DNA from: an uncultured Gammaproteobacteria bacterium
Lineage (GTDB): Bacteria > Patescibacteriota > Microgenomatia > CAZETR01 > Amesbacteraceae
Length of the DNA stretch: 64,000 bases
Direction: 5' to 3'
Assembly: GCA_964518565.1 (NCBI GenBank)
Contig: CAZFGX010000001.1
Location: forward strand, 203,046-267,045
Made by a program: the position numbers and the translations under genes. Shown in pieces: positions 49,472 through 59,277 of this stretch; the first letter of the stretch is position 1, and every line of letters starts with the position of its first letter. Below the pieces are notes generated by a model, which did not search any database, was not told where the DNA came from, and was given only the letters and a program-made list of their open reading frames with translations.

Positions 49472-50658
49472 ACCAAAAAAAAATTATCTGGACTTGTATT
49501 GGGCTTCGAATAATATTTGCGACCATTTTTTTTCACCCGGATATAAAAAGTCAGCATTTCCATGCTAGCTTGTTTGTAAAAAATAATCTAATCAATATCT
49601 ATGATTACCTAGAATTATCGCGAAACACATTACCATACTCCGATACGTTTAATTATCCGCCGCTCACATATTATTTTCTTGCATCATGGCAAAAAATCAT
49701 CACTACCGCCAGTCTACAAAACTGGCTTTGGGATTGGAGTGAATATGCTATTCAAAATAAAGATATCTACACACATTTATTGCTATTAAAATTACCCTAC
49801 CTCATTTTTGACTTACTATTAATTACGGTTTTGTTGACCCAAACAAAAAAAACTGCCGAAAAGAATGCGTTGATATATCTATGGGGATTTAATCCCATCA
49901 GTCTCTATGCGATATATATGATCGGTCAATTTGATATTTTGCCAGCATTGTTAACATGTTTGTCATACATATTAATGAAAAAATCCAAATATTTTTTGTC
50001 AGGTCTGTGTCTAGGCTTAGCGGCGGCCACCAAAACATATCCATTACTGTTAATACCTCTCTTTTTAGTTACGTATCGGTCAACAAAAGCTTCTGCCCAA
50101 TTGATAATTGGTGCTGTGATTGGTTGGCTGGGACCAAATATATATTTTTTAAATTCAATCGGATATCAACATAGTGTTCTACAATCTTCGTTGGCCGTCC
50201 GTTTATTTGCGGTTGGTATAAACATTAAAAATATTCACATCCCGTTATATCCAATATATTATCTCGCGATCTTGGCAGCAGCAATTCGAAAAAAGATAGA
50301 CGATGTAGTATTTTACTGTTTTTTGATTACTTTCTCACTCGTGGTGTTTACTGAATTTCATGCACAGTGGTTAGTATGGAGTTTGCCCTTTTCCCTTTTG
50401 GTATGTATTAAATATCCAAAAATAAAACTCTTACTTGTTGCCCAATATCTAATAGCAATGATCGTTGTTTTTCTCATACGTGATCAGTTTGTACTTATCG
50501 GACTATTTACTCCATTGAATCCTTATTTAGCTACCATTCCTCCGTTGTCATCATTTATACCGTCGGCTGAAAAAATACAAATAATTTTGCGTTTAATATT
50601 AGCGACAATCTCTATTTCTACGTTTATAAAATATCATCTCACCCCAAAAAATGTATAA
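49444..50658 (+). CDS. polytopic membrane protein, GT-C-like
   Basis: Internal ATG 49444 chosen (track 49342 extension has no hydrophobic start and overlaps upstream gene). Confidence 0.4.
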   Translation: MEKSKTQSINQKKIIWTCIGLRIIFATIFFHPDIKSQHFHASLFVKNNLINIYDYLELSRNTLPYSDTFNYPPLTYYFLASWQKIITTASLQNWLWDWSEYAIQNKDIYTHLLLLKLPYLIFDLLLITVLLTQTKKTAEKNALIYLWGFNPISLYAIYMIGQFDILPALLTCLSYILMKKSKYFLSGLCLGLAAATKTYPLLLIPLFLVTYRSTKASAQLIIGAVIGWLGPNIYFLNSIGYQHSVLQSSLAVRLFAVGINIKNIHIPLYPIYYLAILAAAIRKKIDDVVFYCFLITFSLVVFTEFHAQWLVWSLPFSLLVCIKYPKIKLLLVAQYLIAMIVVFLIRDQFVLIGLFTPLNPYLATIPPLSSFIPSAEKIQIILRLILATISISTFIKYHLTPKNV

Positions 50659-51298
50659 AGCTTTCTCTCTCATATTCATGTACTTGGCAATTATTTTAAT
50701 CTGTCTAGGAATTTTTTCATTATTTTTTGTTCGAAGAATCCAAGAATTCAACCAAGCAGTGGTTGACCGATTTGTTCCAATCACAAAAACTCATCCGGTT
50801 ACCCAAACTATTACTCCTCAGCATAATGGGTTAAATGTAATAGTAATTTTTTTAAAAAATGGTGGTATTAGAAATACAGAAGAATTTATATTTACAGTAT
50901 TAAATACAAAAAATGAGCCTATACGAAAAATTCTTTTATCAGGATCAAATATTGGCGATGGAGAAACAGTTCGATTTCAGTTTGATCCAATAGCAAACTC
51001 AGCTAATCAAATATTCAAGGTCAAGCTTGAAGCCCCAAAAACTGACTTTAGCCATCCATATATAGAAGCAGGATTTTCAAATACAGATACCTACAAACTT
51101 GGCCAATCTGAAGATATAAACACTCCAGGAGATCTATCGTTTCAAATTTATTATCATCCAAATAGTAAGTTGTCTATGGTATATGAAATTAGTCAGTTGA
51201 TAAGTCAAAAAATCTCTTTAAGACTCCTAGTCTCCAATCTAATAGTGATAGTTTCATGTGCAGTGACAATGAAATTGGTAAAATGGGATGATATATGA
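50651..51298 (+). CDS. membrane-anchored hypothetical protein
   Basis: N-terminal TM then beta-rich region. Confidence 0.35.
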   Translation: MYKAFSLIFMYLAIILICLGIFSLFFVRRIQEFNQAVVDRFVPITKTHPVTQTITPQHNGLNVIVIFLKNGGIRNTEEFIFTVLNTKNEPIRKILLSGSNIGDGETVRFQFDPIANSANQIFKVKLEAPKTDFSHPYIEAGFSNTDTYKLGQSEDINTPGDLSFQIYYHPNSKLSMVYEISQLISQKISLRLLVSNLIVIVSCAVTMKLVKWDDI

Positions 51299-52902
51299 AA
51301 TACCTACTGTTGGCAGTCGTTTTGGGAAGCATGCTAAGGCTAGTGTATATAACCCAACTCCCGAGTGGATTTACCCCAGATGAGGCTGCTTTTGGCTATA
51401 ATGCATATAGTCTTGGACAAACCGGTCGTGATGAATGGAGCACACCCTTTTGGCAGCTACCCCTAACCAATCTCAGATCATTTGGAGACTACAAGCTACC
51501 GTTGTATGCTTTTTTGGCAGTCCCCACCATAAAAATATTTGGTTTAAACGAATTTGCTACTCGTCTACCTAACTCAATAATCGGTATATTCTCTATTATT
51601 ACAACGGCTATATGTGCAAGCAAGCTATTCCCAACCAATAAGCGTATCATGCCTATTGCCTCATTTGCAGTCGCCCTATCACCGTGGTCTGTTCAACTAT
51701 CTCGTGGAGCATTTGAAGCAAATCTAGTTACCTGTTTTTTCCCTTTAGCCATTAGCCTATGGCTATCAAAAAAATCACTCCTTGCCGTATTGATGTTTGG
51801 AATAAATTTTTATTCGTATCACAGTGCAAGACTACTAACACCAATTTATTTTGCGTCTATATTTTTATATAAAAAGCCAGCCAACTGGATCAGAAGTATA
51901 ATTTTATTGGTGTGTTTAGTATTTCCAGGAATAATTGCACAATTTTTTTCAGCAAACACGCGTATTGCAGATGTTTCTATCATCTCACCTACAGACAAGT
52001 GGCAAGCCGTTAGTGATCGTCGATATGATAGTGTTGCTTTTGGAGAGCCAGACAAGCTTGCCAGATTTTTTTCAAACAAATTTACATACGTTGTATCTTT
52101 AGTAAAACACAACGTTATTCAGTACATTTCACCAGAATTTTTATTTACCAATGGTCCTGCGGAATCGACATATGGAATGATTCGTGGCAGGGGGGTCTTG
52201 TATGGCATAGAAGGAATTGGCCTAATCTCCTTCTTTGTTATGTTGTGTATAAAGCCAAATAAAACTCAGAGTTTTATTCTTGGCATGTTACTTATTTGTG
52301 CAGTACCCGCGGCATTAGCAAAAGGTCCAGGATATGCCGCCAATAGATCCGTCTCTATGCTTCCATTTTTTCTTATAGCCAGTTCATACGGTTTTTCAAT
52401 ACTAATAAAAAACATTCAAAAGTATAAAAAAATAGTAATTCTTACAGTTTTTATTACCTATACAATTGAATCACTTTTTTTCGTCGAAGATTATGTAATT
52501 CACAGCCCTCGTCAAACAGCAAGTAGTATGAATTACGGCTGGAAAGAAGCATTTGCTCGAACTGTACCAGCGATTGCTCGGTTATCTCATATATATATAG
52601 ATACTGCTCTCTCCGAACCTCATATATTTGCGGCCTTCTATTTAAAGATCCCGCCCCAAACATACCATCGTTATTCAAAATCTTGGACAGATTTCAATCA
52701 AAAGGGGATAAGGTTTTTAGATCAACTCGATGGATATCAATTAGAAAATATGACATTCGGACATGCCGACAAAGCAATCAACGATTCTAAATATCAACTA
52801 ATTATGGCAAAGACATCGGAAATATCTAATCAAGCAAATGAGCTATTCCGTATTAATTATCCGAATGGTCATCCGGCAATATCTGTAATTTCAAATGAAT
52901 AA
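51295..52902 (+). CDS. PMT/ArnT-like GT-C glycosyltransferase (DE-motif family)
   Basis: 'PDEAAFGYNAYSLGQTGRDEW', 'GDYKLPLY', 'GLNEFATRLPN'. Confidence 0.55.
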   Translation: MKYLLLAVVLGSMLRLVYITQLPSGFTPDEAAFGYNAYSLGQTGRDEWSTPFWQLPLTNLRSFGDYKLPLYAFLAVPTIKIFGLNEFATRLPNSIIGIFSIITTAICASKLFPTNKRIMPIASFAVALSPWSVQLSRGAFEANLVTCFFPLAISLWLSKKSLLAVLMFGINFYSYHSARLLTPIYFASIFLYKKPANWIRSIILLVCLVFPGIIAQFFSANTRIADVSIISPTDKWQAVSDRRYDSVAFGEPDKLARFFSNKFTYVVSLVKHNVIQYISPEFLFTNGPAESTYGMIRGRGVLYGIEGIGLISFFVMLCIKPNKTQSFILGMLLICAVPAALAKGPGYAANRSVSMLPFFLIASSYGFSILIKNIQKYKKIVILTVFITYTIESLFFVEDYVIHSPRQTASSMNYGWKEAFARTVPAIARLSHIYIDTALSEPHIFAAFYLKIPPQTYHRYSKSWTDFNQKGIRFLDQLDGYQLENMTFGHADKAINDSKYQLIMAKTSEISNQANELFRINYPNGHPAISVISNE

Positions 52903-54547
52903 AGCCCGACATCTAATTATCCTCCTACTAATTATCCTTCCGACAATTTCATCGCTGATGCGACCAGGTTTCTTTCCAATACAAGATAAAATGCAGCATT
53001 TTCGCATATACCAGATGTCTAAATGTTTTTCGGATTTGCAAATTCCATGCCACTGGGTACCAGATTTAGGTTACGGATATGGCTATCCATTATTTCTGTT
53101 TTATGCACCTGGACCGTTTTACATAGGTGCCTTAATGCATAGTGTAGGAGTTCAATATATTGATGTGGTGAAATTATTATTTGTAATAGGAGTTTTTAGT
53201 TCCAGTGTATGTATGTATCTTGCAGTAAAAAAAATCTTTAGTTCATCTTCGGCCGGTGTTATTGCTGCAACGTTGTACGCATACACTCCGATAAAAGCGT
53301 CTGAAATATATGTTCGTGGTTCGTTGAGTGAGTTTCTATCCTTTATTTTTTTTCCATTACTCTTTTGGTCATTAGTAAAAGATGAAAAAGCTACCCCTTC
53401 AATAAATTTCGCCTTTACATTATCTGTTGCAGCCCTCTTACTAACTCACAATCTCATGGCTTTTATATTTATTCCCATTGCATGTGTGTGGGCAATAGTA
53501 ATTTCTCGTTCAAAGCCTGGAGGTTATTTAACCAACCAAGCCATTTCACTTCTTTTAGGATTTGGCGTATCTAGTTTTTTTCTTTTGCCACTGCTTTTTG
53601 AAAAACAATTTATACACACAGAAAGTCTCACGAGTGGCTATTTCGGCTATCTTCAACATTTTGTATCGTTATATCAGCTCTTTATATCAAATCACTTTGG
53701 ATATGGATCATCTCAGCTTGGAATGGGAGATGATATCACTATTTCGTTAGGACATGTTAATTGGGTCTTAGGTTTGGTGGGAGTTATGCTAGCGTTGAAA
53801 AATTTTCGTGACCGATTGTCAAAAGCGGTGTTGGCAATAGCTGCTATCGTGTTAATGATAATTTTTCTGATGCATCAACGGTCTACCCCAATTTGGGAAA
53901 TTATTACTCCACTTCAGTTTTTACAATTCCCCTGGCGCTTGCTAGTAATTACTTCATTTTTATTATCACTAATTGCAGGCTACGTAGTTTCGAAAATCTA
54001 TAACAAAACAATAATGGCAGCAACGATATTGGTTATTTTTTTATTGTATGGCAATTTCTTTCAGCCCAAGAGCTGGGAGAACACTTCGGATAAAATAGAG
54101 TTTTCAGGTCAAAAATTTTTAGATCAAATGACAATAAGTATTTTTGATTACCTCCCGATATCAGCAAAATTTCCACCAAACAAAATTGCTCCGCCCGAAC
54201 CTGAAATTATTTTGGGAGATGCGTCTATTAGTTCTTACGAAAAAAAATCAGATTCTCAATCAGGTAAAATAGAAGTATTGTCTTCACAAGCCACAATTCG
54301 TGCTCCACTTTTTCAATTCCCTGGTATGCAAGCTCGTATTGATAATCAACCTGTACAAATACAAAGTAATTGCACAAACCAGCCATACTGTTTTGGTTTA
54401 ATAACCATTGACGTGCCTTATGGAGAGCATCAGATTGACTTCGTTTTAAAAAACACACCCATTAGATCGCTGGGCAACTTGATCAGTCTGAGTTCGTTAA
54501 TTTTTATCATTGGTGCCACATGTCGAAAAAAATATTTTTCACACTAA
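52895..54547 (+). CDS. membrane protein of CFSD-QIPC-WVPD-GYGYPLF family
   Basis: 'MSKCFSDLQIPCHWVPDLGYGYGYPLF', 'FPGMQARIDNQPV'. Confidence 0.45.
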   Translation: MNKARHLIILLLIILPTISSLMRPGFFPIQDKMQHFRIYQMSKCFSDLQIPCHWVPDLGYGYGYPLFLFYAPGPFYIGALMHSVGVQYIDVVKLLFVIGVFSSSVCMYLAVKKIFSSSSAGVIAATLYAYTPIKASEIYVRGSLSEFLSFIFFPLLFWSLVKDEKATPSINFAFTLSVAALLLTHNLMAFIFIPIACVWAIVISRSKPGGYLTNQAISLLLGFGVSSFFLLPLLFEKQFIHTESLTSGYFGYLQHFVSLYQLFISNHFGYGSSQLGMGDDITISLGHVNWVLGLVGVMLALKNFRDRLSKAVLAIAAIVLMIIFLMHQRSTPIWEIITPLQFLQFPWRLLVITSFLLSLIAGYVVSKIYNKTIMAATILVIFLLYGNFFQPKSWENTSDKIEFSGQKFLDQMTISIFDYLPISAKFPPNKIAPPEPEIILGDASISSYEKKSDSQSGKIEVLSSQATIRAPLFQFPGMQARIDNQPVQIQSNCTNQPYCFGLITIDVPYGEHQIDFVLKNTPIRSLGNLISLSSLIFIIGATCRKKYFSH

Positions 54548-56139
54548 TAATTTGCATTCTACCGTCTTGTATCGCTCTAATGCATTCAGGATATTATGGG
54601 GCTTCTGATGATTTGCATATTGGCTGGCTTCAACAAATGCATAAGACAGTTACTGCTGGATTTATACCACCCAGATATGTTCCTGACTTAAGCTATGGGT
54701 TTGGCTACCCCTTATTCAATTTTGTCTTTCCATTACCGTTTTATCTTGGAGAGATAGTACATGCATTTGGATTCACTCTTGTAGATAGTATTAAAGTTGT
54801 TTTCGCTCTTAGTATAATTCTTTCCGGCCTTTTCATGTATTGGTCCATGCGCAAGGTTTTTTCTAATGCTGCAAGTTTTATAGCTACTATTTTATATATT
54901 TATACGCCATACAGAGCAACAGAAATTTATATTAGAGGAGCTATTGGAGAAGCTTTTGCATTTGTTTTTTTCCCACTTATTGTTGGTGGGCTAATAGCTC
55001 TAGTCAAAAATAATACAAATAAAAATTTAGCAATAGTTGCAATAGGGGTAGGGTTATTAGTTTTAAGCCACAACATTAGTGCATACATGTTCATTCCTTT
55101 TGCAGTGCTATTAGGTATTATCCTGCAACCAAAAAAGCCTCAAACATGGATTTATCCATTACTTCTCGGTTCGACAATTAGTATGTATTTTTGGTTACCC
55201 GCACTCAGAGATAGTCGTTTGCTAGTCTACGACACCGTCTTTAATTATTGGGATCACTTTCCCACACTGAAACAATTATTGATTCCAAACTGGGGGTGGG
55301 GAGCATCAGTGCCTGGTCCATATGATGGTATGTCGTTTTTTATCGGTACGGTAAATTTGTGTGTTTTAATTATTTCAATACCGCTATTTTTCTTCCTAAA
55401 TAAAAAATTCAGCCAGATTCAATCAAAGATATTTATATGGGCAATATTAGCCTTTGTTGTAGCCTTTGTCTGTATGAATTTTCGTTCAGCAGTTTTTTGG
55501 GAGGTAGTGCCATTAATTAAATACTTTCAATTCCCTTGGCGATTTTTACTTGTAACCTCTTTTTGTTCATCGATAATTGCCGCATTGGTCGTCGAACATC
55601 TAAAACTTCCCAAATATATGGTCTTAATTCTTCCTTTGTTGCTAATTGGTACTGAAAGCTGGAAATTTAATCCACATGATTTTCTTGCAAGGCAGGACAA
55701 TTATTATCTTAATAGATATATTCCATACCCTTTTGCAAGTTATGAATATACTCAAACCAGTGAGGAATATTTACGTCTTCCAAAAAACACTCAAATACGA
55801 CCAAATAAAATATTTCCAAGATTTTATTCTGACAATATCCAAATAAATCAGTTAGATATAGAAAATGATTTCTCTGCTTCGGTAAACATTACTTCACCTG
55901 AAAACGGATCAATAAATTACAACAAATATGCATTTCCTGGGTGGAAAGCTAAATTAGATGGAGAGATGGTAAGAATCAATCCTGGGGAACCATTTGGCCA
56001 AATAAATATTTCCATACCTGCTGGTACACACAATCTTCACGTCTTTTACGAAGAGCCTAAACAAAACTGGCCATTAGACATCATGTCTGCTATGGCATTA
56101 ATATATACTATTTTTAGATTGATATATGCAAAAAAATAA
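54520..56139 (+). CDS. membrane protein of the same family (tandem paralog)
   Basis: 'YVPDLSYGFGYPLFNFVFPLPFYLG', 'FPGWKAKLDGEMV'. Confidence 0.45.
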   Translation: MSKKIFFTLIICILPSCIALMHSGYYGASDDLHIGWLQQMHKTVTAGFIPPRYVPDLSYGFGYPLFNFVFPLPFYLGEIVHAFGFTLVDSIKVVFALSIILSGLFMYWSMRKVFSNAASFIATILYIYTPYRATEIYIRGAIGEAFAFVFFPLIVGGLIALVKNNTNKNLAIVAIGVGLLVLSHNISAYMFIPFAVLLGIILQPKKPQTWIYPLLLGSTISMYFWLPALRDSRLLVYDTVFNYWDHFPTLKQLLIPNWGWGASVPGPYDGMSFFIGTVNLCVLIISIPLFFFLNKKFSQIQSKIFIWAILAFVVAFVCMNFRSAVFWEVVPLIKYFQFPWRFLLVTSFCSSIIAALVVEHLKLPKYMVLILPLLLIGTESWKFNPHDFLARQDNYYLNRYIPYPFASYEYTQTSEEYLRLPKNTQIRPNKIFPRFYSDNIQINQLDIENDFSASVNITSPENGSINYNKYAFPGWKAKLDGEMVRINPGEPFGQINISIPAGTHNLHVFYEEPKQNWPLDIMSAMALIYTIFRLIYAKK

Positions 56140-57682
56140 GCTGGTTATATTAATAAGTTTTTTAATCATATGTGTGAGTCGAATTATATATATATCCCAG
56201 TTTCCGCCTAGCTTAAATTGGGATGAAGTCAGTTTAGGATACAACTCATATTCAGTACTAAAAACCGGTAAAGACGAGTGGGGCGTAGTACTACCAACAA
56301 TATTTCGAGCATTTGGCGATTATAAATTACCAGTTTATATTTATAGCCTAACTCCAGCAATCGCAATTTGGGGGTTAAATGAATTCACTGTTCGATTGCC
56401 ATCGATAATCTCAGGACTTTGTTCGTTGATTGTAATTTATATTTTGGCAAGGAAAATTTTTCCACAAAAAAAATACTTCGCATGGTTGGCATTAATTACA
56501 TATGCATTTTCGCCTTGGAGTTGGTTTTTATCTCGAATCGCTCTGGAAGCCAATGTAGCGTTAGCCTTTACATTACTAGGGATTGCGTGTCTACTTTTTC
56601 GTCGATTTTCTTCATCAGCTTTACTTCTTGGTTTGTCTGTCTGGACTTACAATGCAAATAGAATTTTTATTCCACTGCTCATTTTATTTTATTTCTATAA
56701 AAATTTTTCAGATATCCCACGCAAAAGTTTAACAATAATAGTATTGATTCTAGGTCTTATGTTTTTGCAAATTGCTACTGCTACTGGGCAAGCAAGATTT
56801 AGATGGACCACTATTTTGGACGAAGGAGCAATCGCTAAAATTAATGAGCAATCACTTGAATTTGGTGGAAGAATTCTCCATAACAAAGGAACCTATATTT
56901 TAGTCGAATTTACAAAAAATTATATAAGTCACTTCACGCCAAATTTCTTATTCATAAAAGGTGGAAACCAGTATCAATTTAGTGTGCAAAATATTGGAGT
57001 ACTAAATATTGCTGCCTTACCATTTTTCTATTTTGGATTGATTAGATTAATCAGGTACAAATCAAAATATAAATATCTTCTTTTGGTATGGGTTTTTTTA
57101 TCACCAATCCCCGCCAGTATTACTAGAGATGCGCCTCATGTACTGCGTTCGTTAGCATTATTACCTGTTTCAATTTTCATATCCATTATTGGATTAGATA
57201 TCATAATCAAAAAGTACAACAAGATAATATACTTTTACGTATTGATTTTAGTTATTTTTACAAGTGTTTATATAAATAAACTGCAAACATATAGGACAAA
57301 ATATTCATGGGCATGGCAATTTGGATACAAACAATTAGCTGAAAAGATATTTTTTGAATATCAAAATTTTGACCAAATTATTATTACAAAAAGATATGGT
57401 GAACCTCATGAATTTATTTTGTTTTATACTCAATATGATCCGGAAAAATTTCAATCAGATGAGAATCTAAATAGGTATTCGAAATCAGACTGGTTTTGGG
57501 TTGATGGGTTCGATAAGTTCAGATTTGTAAATGATTGGGAAATATCAGCCTTAGTTGCAAATTTACCACACGACAAAAAATATTTAATTGTTTCCAGCCC
57601 AGAATCACCAACAATTGGTTCTGGTATGTCCAATATTGAATTTCTAGATGGAAGCACAGCCTTTAATTTAAAACAATTATGA
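56126..57682 (+). CDS. PMT/ArnT-like GT-C glycosyltransferase (DE-motif family, tandem copy 1)
   Basis: 'NWDEVSLGYNSYSVLKTGKDEWG', 'GDYKLPVY', 'GLNEFTVRLPS'. Confidence 0.55.
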   Translation: MQKNKLVILISFLIICVSRIIYISQFPPSLNWDEVSLGYNSYSVLKTGKDEWGVVLPTIFRAFGDYKLPVYIYSLTPAIAIWGLNEFTVRLPSIISGLCSLIVIYILARKIFPQKKYFAWLALITYAFSPWSWFLSRIALEANVALAFTLLGIACLLFRRFSSSALLLGLSVWTYNANRIFIPLLILFYFYKNFSDIPRKSLTIIVLILGLMFLQIATATGQARFRWTTILDEGAIAKINEQSLEFGGRILHNKGTYILVEFTKNYISHFTPNFLFIKGGNQYQFSVQNIGVLNIAALPFFYFGLIRLIRYKSKYKYLLLVWVFLSPIPASITRDAPHVLRSLALLPVSIFISIIGLDIIIKKYNKIIYFYVLILVIFTSVYINKLQTYRTKYSWAWQFGYKQLAEKIFFEYQNFDQIIITKRYGEPHEFILFYTQYDPEKFQSDENLNRYSKSDWFWVDGFDKFRFVNDWEISALVANLPHDKKYLIVSSPESPTIGSGMSNIEFLDGSTAFNLKQL

Positions 57683-59277
57683 AAAAAAATCTGATTATAT
57701 TATTTGGTATTACTATTGTTGGATTTTTACTCCGATCCATATGTATCTCAACATTGCCACAAACGTTTACCTGGGATGAAGCTGCTTTGGGATACAACGC
57801 ATATTCAGTTCTAAAAACAGGTAGAGATGAACATGGTGTATTGTTTCCAATAGTCTTTAAGTCGTTTGGCGATTTTAAACCTGGTTTATATATCTATTTT
57901 TCAGTTTTGCCTATCCATTTGTTTGGATTAAATGAGTTCTCTACTCGGATTATTTCATCAATATTTGGTTCACTCTCAATTTTGGGAATTTTTAGTTTGA
58001 CATACATCATTACCAAAAACATGCGTTCTGCTTTGTATTCATCAATTACGCTAACTATCATGCCCTGGGCTATTCAATTTTCTCGTGCAGCTTGGGAATC
58101 TAACATTTGTGTTAGTCTAACACTTTTCGCCTCAACACTTTTCATAAGAAAAAAATATTTTGCTTCAAGCATATTATTTGGTTTAACATTCTGGACATAT
58201 CAAAGTGCAAAATTATTCACTCCAATTATTCTTTTTACACTAATTATTCTAAACAAAAAAAATATCACTACAAAAAACATAATAAAAATATGCACACCCG
58301 CTCTTTTATTATTAATTCCTATACTTCTTGGTTTATCTGTACAGTCTGGTAGATTGAAAGTATTTAGCGTTTTTTCCTACTCAAGACAACTGGATTTTGT
58401 GAACACTTTAGCCCAGCAAGATGGTACAAACATACAAAATATTTTTTTTAATATATTTCATGCTGAAATAATTGACCAGCTTAGGGGTGTAGAACAAAGA
58501 TATTTAAACTATTTTTCGCCCAAGTTTTTATTTTTTTCAGGAGATTGGTCAAATTCTCGGCATGCTACATTATATTATGGATATCTTCATATCGTGGATT
58601 TAATACCGTTACTTTTAGGTATTTATATACTGACAAGGTCAACATACAAGTATAAAAAATTTATTGCCGTATGGTTGTTTGCAACACCACTATTGGGTAG
58701 TCTCTCTAGAGATCTAATCTCTGGCGTTAGATCTTTATCCCTCATTGTTCCATTGGCTTTCATTATTGGAATAGGTCTCGAAAAATTATTACAAAAAAAA
58801 TTTTTTACAACTGTATACATTCTTTCTGTGATCTATCTATCTGTCTATTTTATTGACTTATATAGTATTCATACTACATATAAGGCGAATGATGAATCGC
58901 TTGTATCTTATAAGCCCGCAGTTGAGTCAATGTTGAAATATCAAGAAAAATATCGTCACGTCATCTTTTCTGACAAACTTGGACAGCCATATATATATAT
59001 TCTTTTTTATTCAAAAACAGATCCTAGAGTTTACCAAAAAGACCACATATTTGAAGATGGGGCAAATGGTGATGTGGGTAGGGTGGTTTCTATGTCGAAA
59101 TATTCATTTCGAAAAATTTACTGGCCTCAAGACCGAGGTGAAAGTGATACCCTATTCATAGGTGATGAGTTTGAGCTACCAGAGACGGATCTACAAACTG
59201 TAAACGGTATCCAAAGGTTAGACGAGATTTATTATCCAGATAGAAGATTGTCGTTTCATATTGTGGGGTTGCCATAA
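57679..59277 (+). CDS. PMT/ArnT-like GT-C glycosyltransferase (tandem copy 2)
   Basis: 'TWDEAALGYNAYSVLKTGRDEHG', 'GDFKPGLY', 'GLNEFSTRI'. Confidence 0.55.
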   Translation: MKKNLIILFGITIVGFLLRSICISTLPQTFTWDEAALGYNAYSVLKTGRDEHGVLFPIVFKSFGDFKPGLYIYFSVLPIHLFGLNEFSTRIISSIFGSLSILGIFSLTYIITKNMRSALYSSITLTIMPWAIQFSRAAWESNICVSLTLFASTLFIRKKYFASSILFGLTFWTYQSAKLFTPIILFTLIILNKKNITTKNIIKICTPALLLLIPILLGLSVQSGRLKVFSVFSYSRQLDFVNTLAQQDGTNIQNIFFNIFHAEIIDQLRGVEQRYLNYFSPKFLFFSGDWSNSRHATLYYGYLHIVDLIPLLLGIYILTRSTYKYKKFIAVWLFATPLLGSLSRDLISGVRSLSLIVPLAFIIGIGLEKLLQKKFFTTVYILSVIYLSVYFIDLYSIHTTYKANDESLVSYKPAVESMLKYQEKYRHVIFSDKLGQPYIYILFYSKTDPRVYQKDHIFEDGANGDVGRVVSMSKYSFRKIYWPQDRGESDTLFIGDEFELPETDLQTVNGIQRLDEIYYPDRRLSFHIVGLP

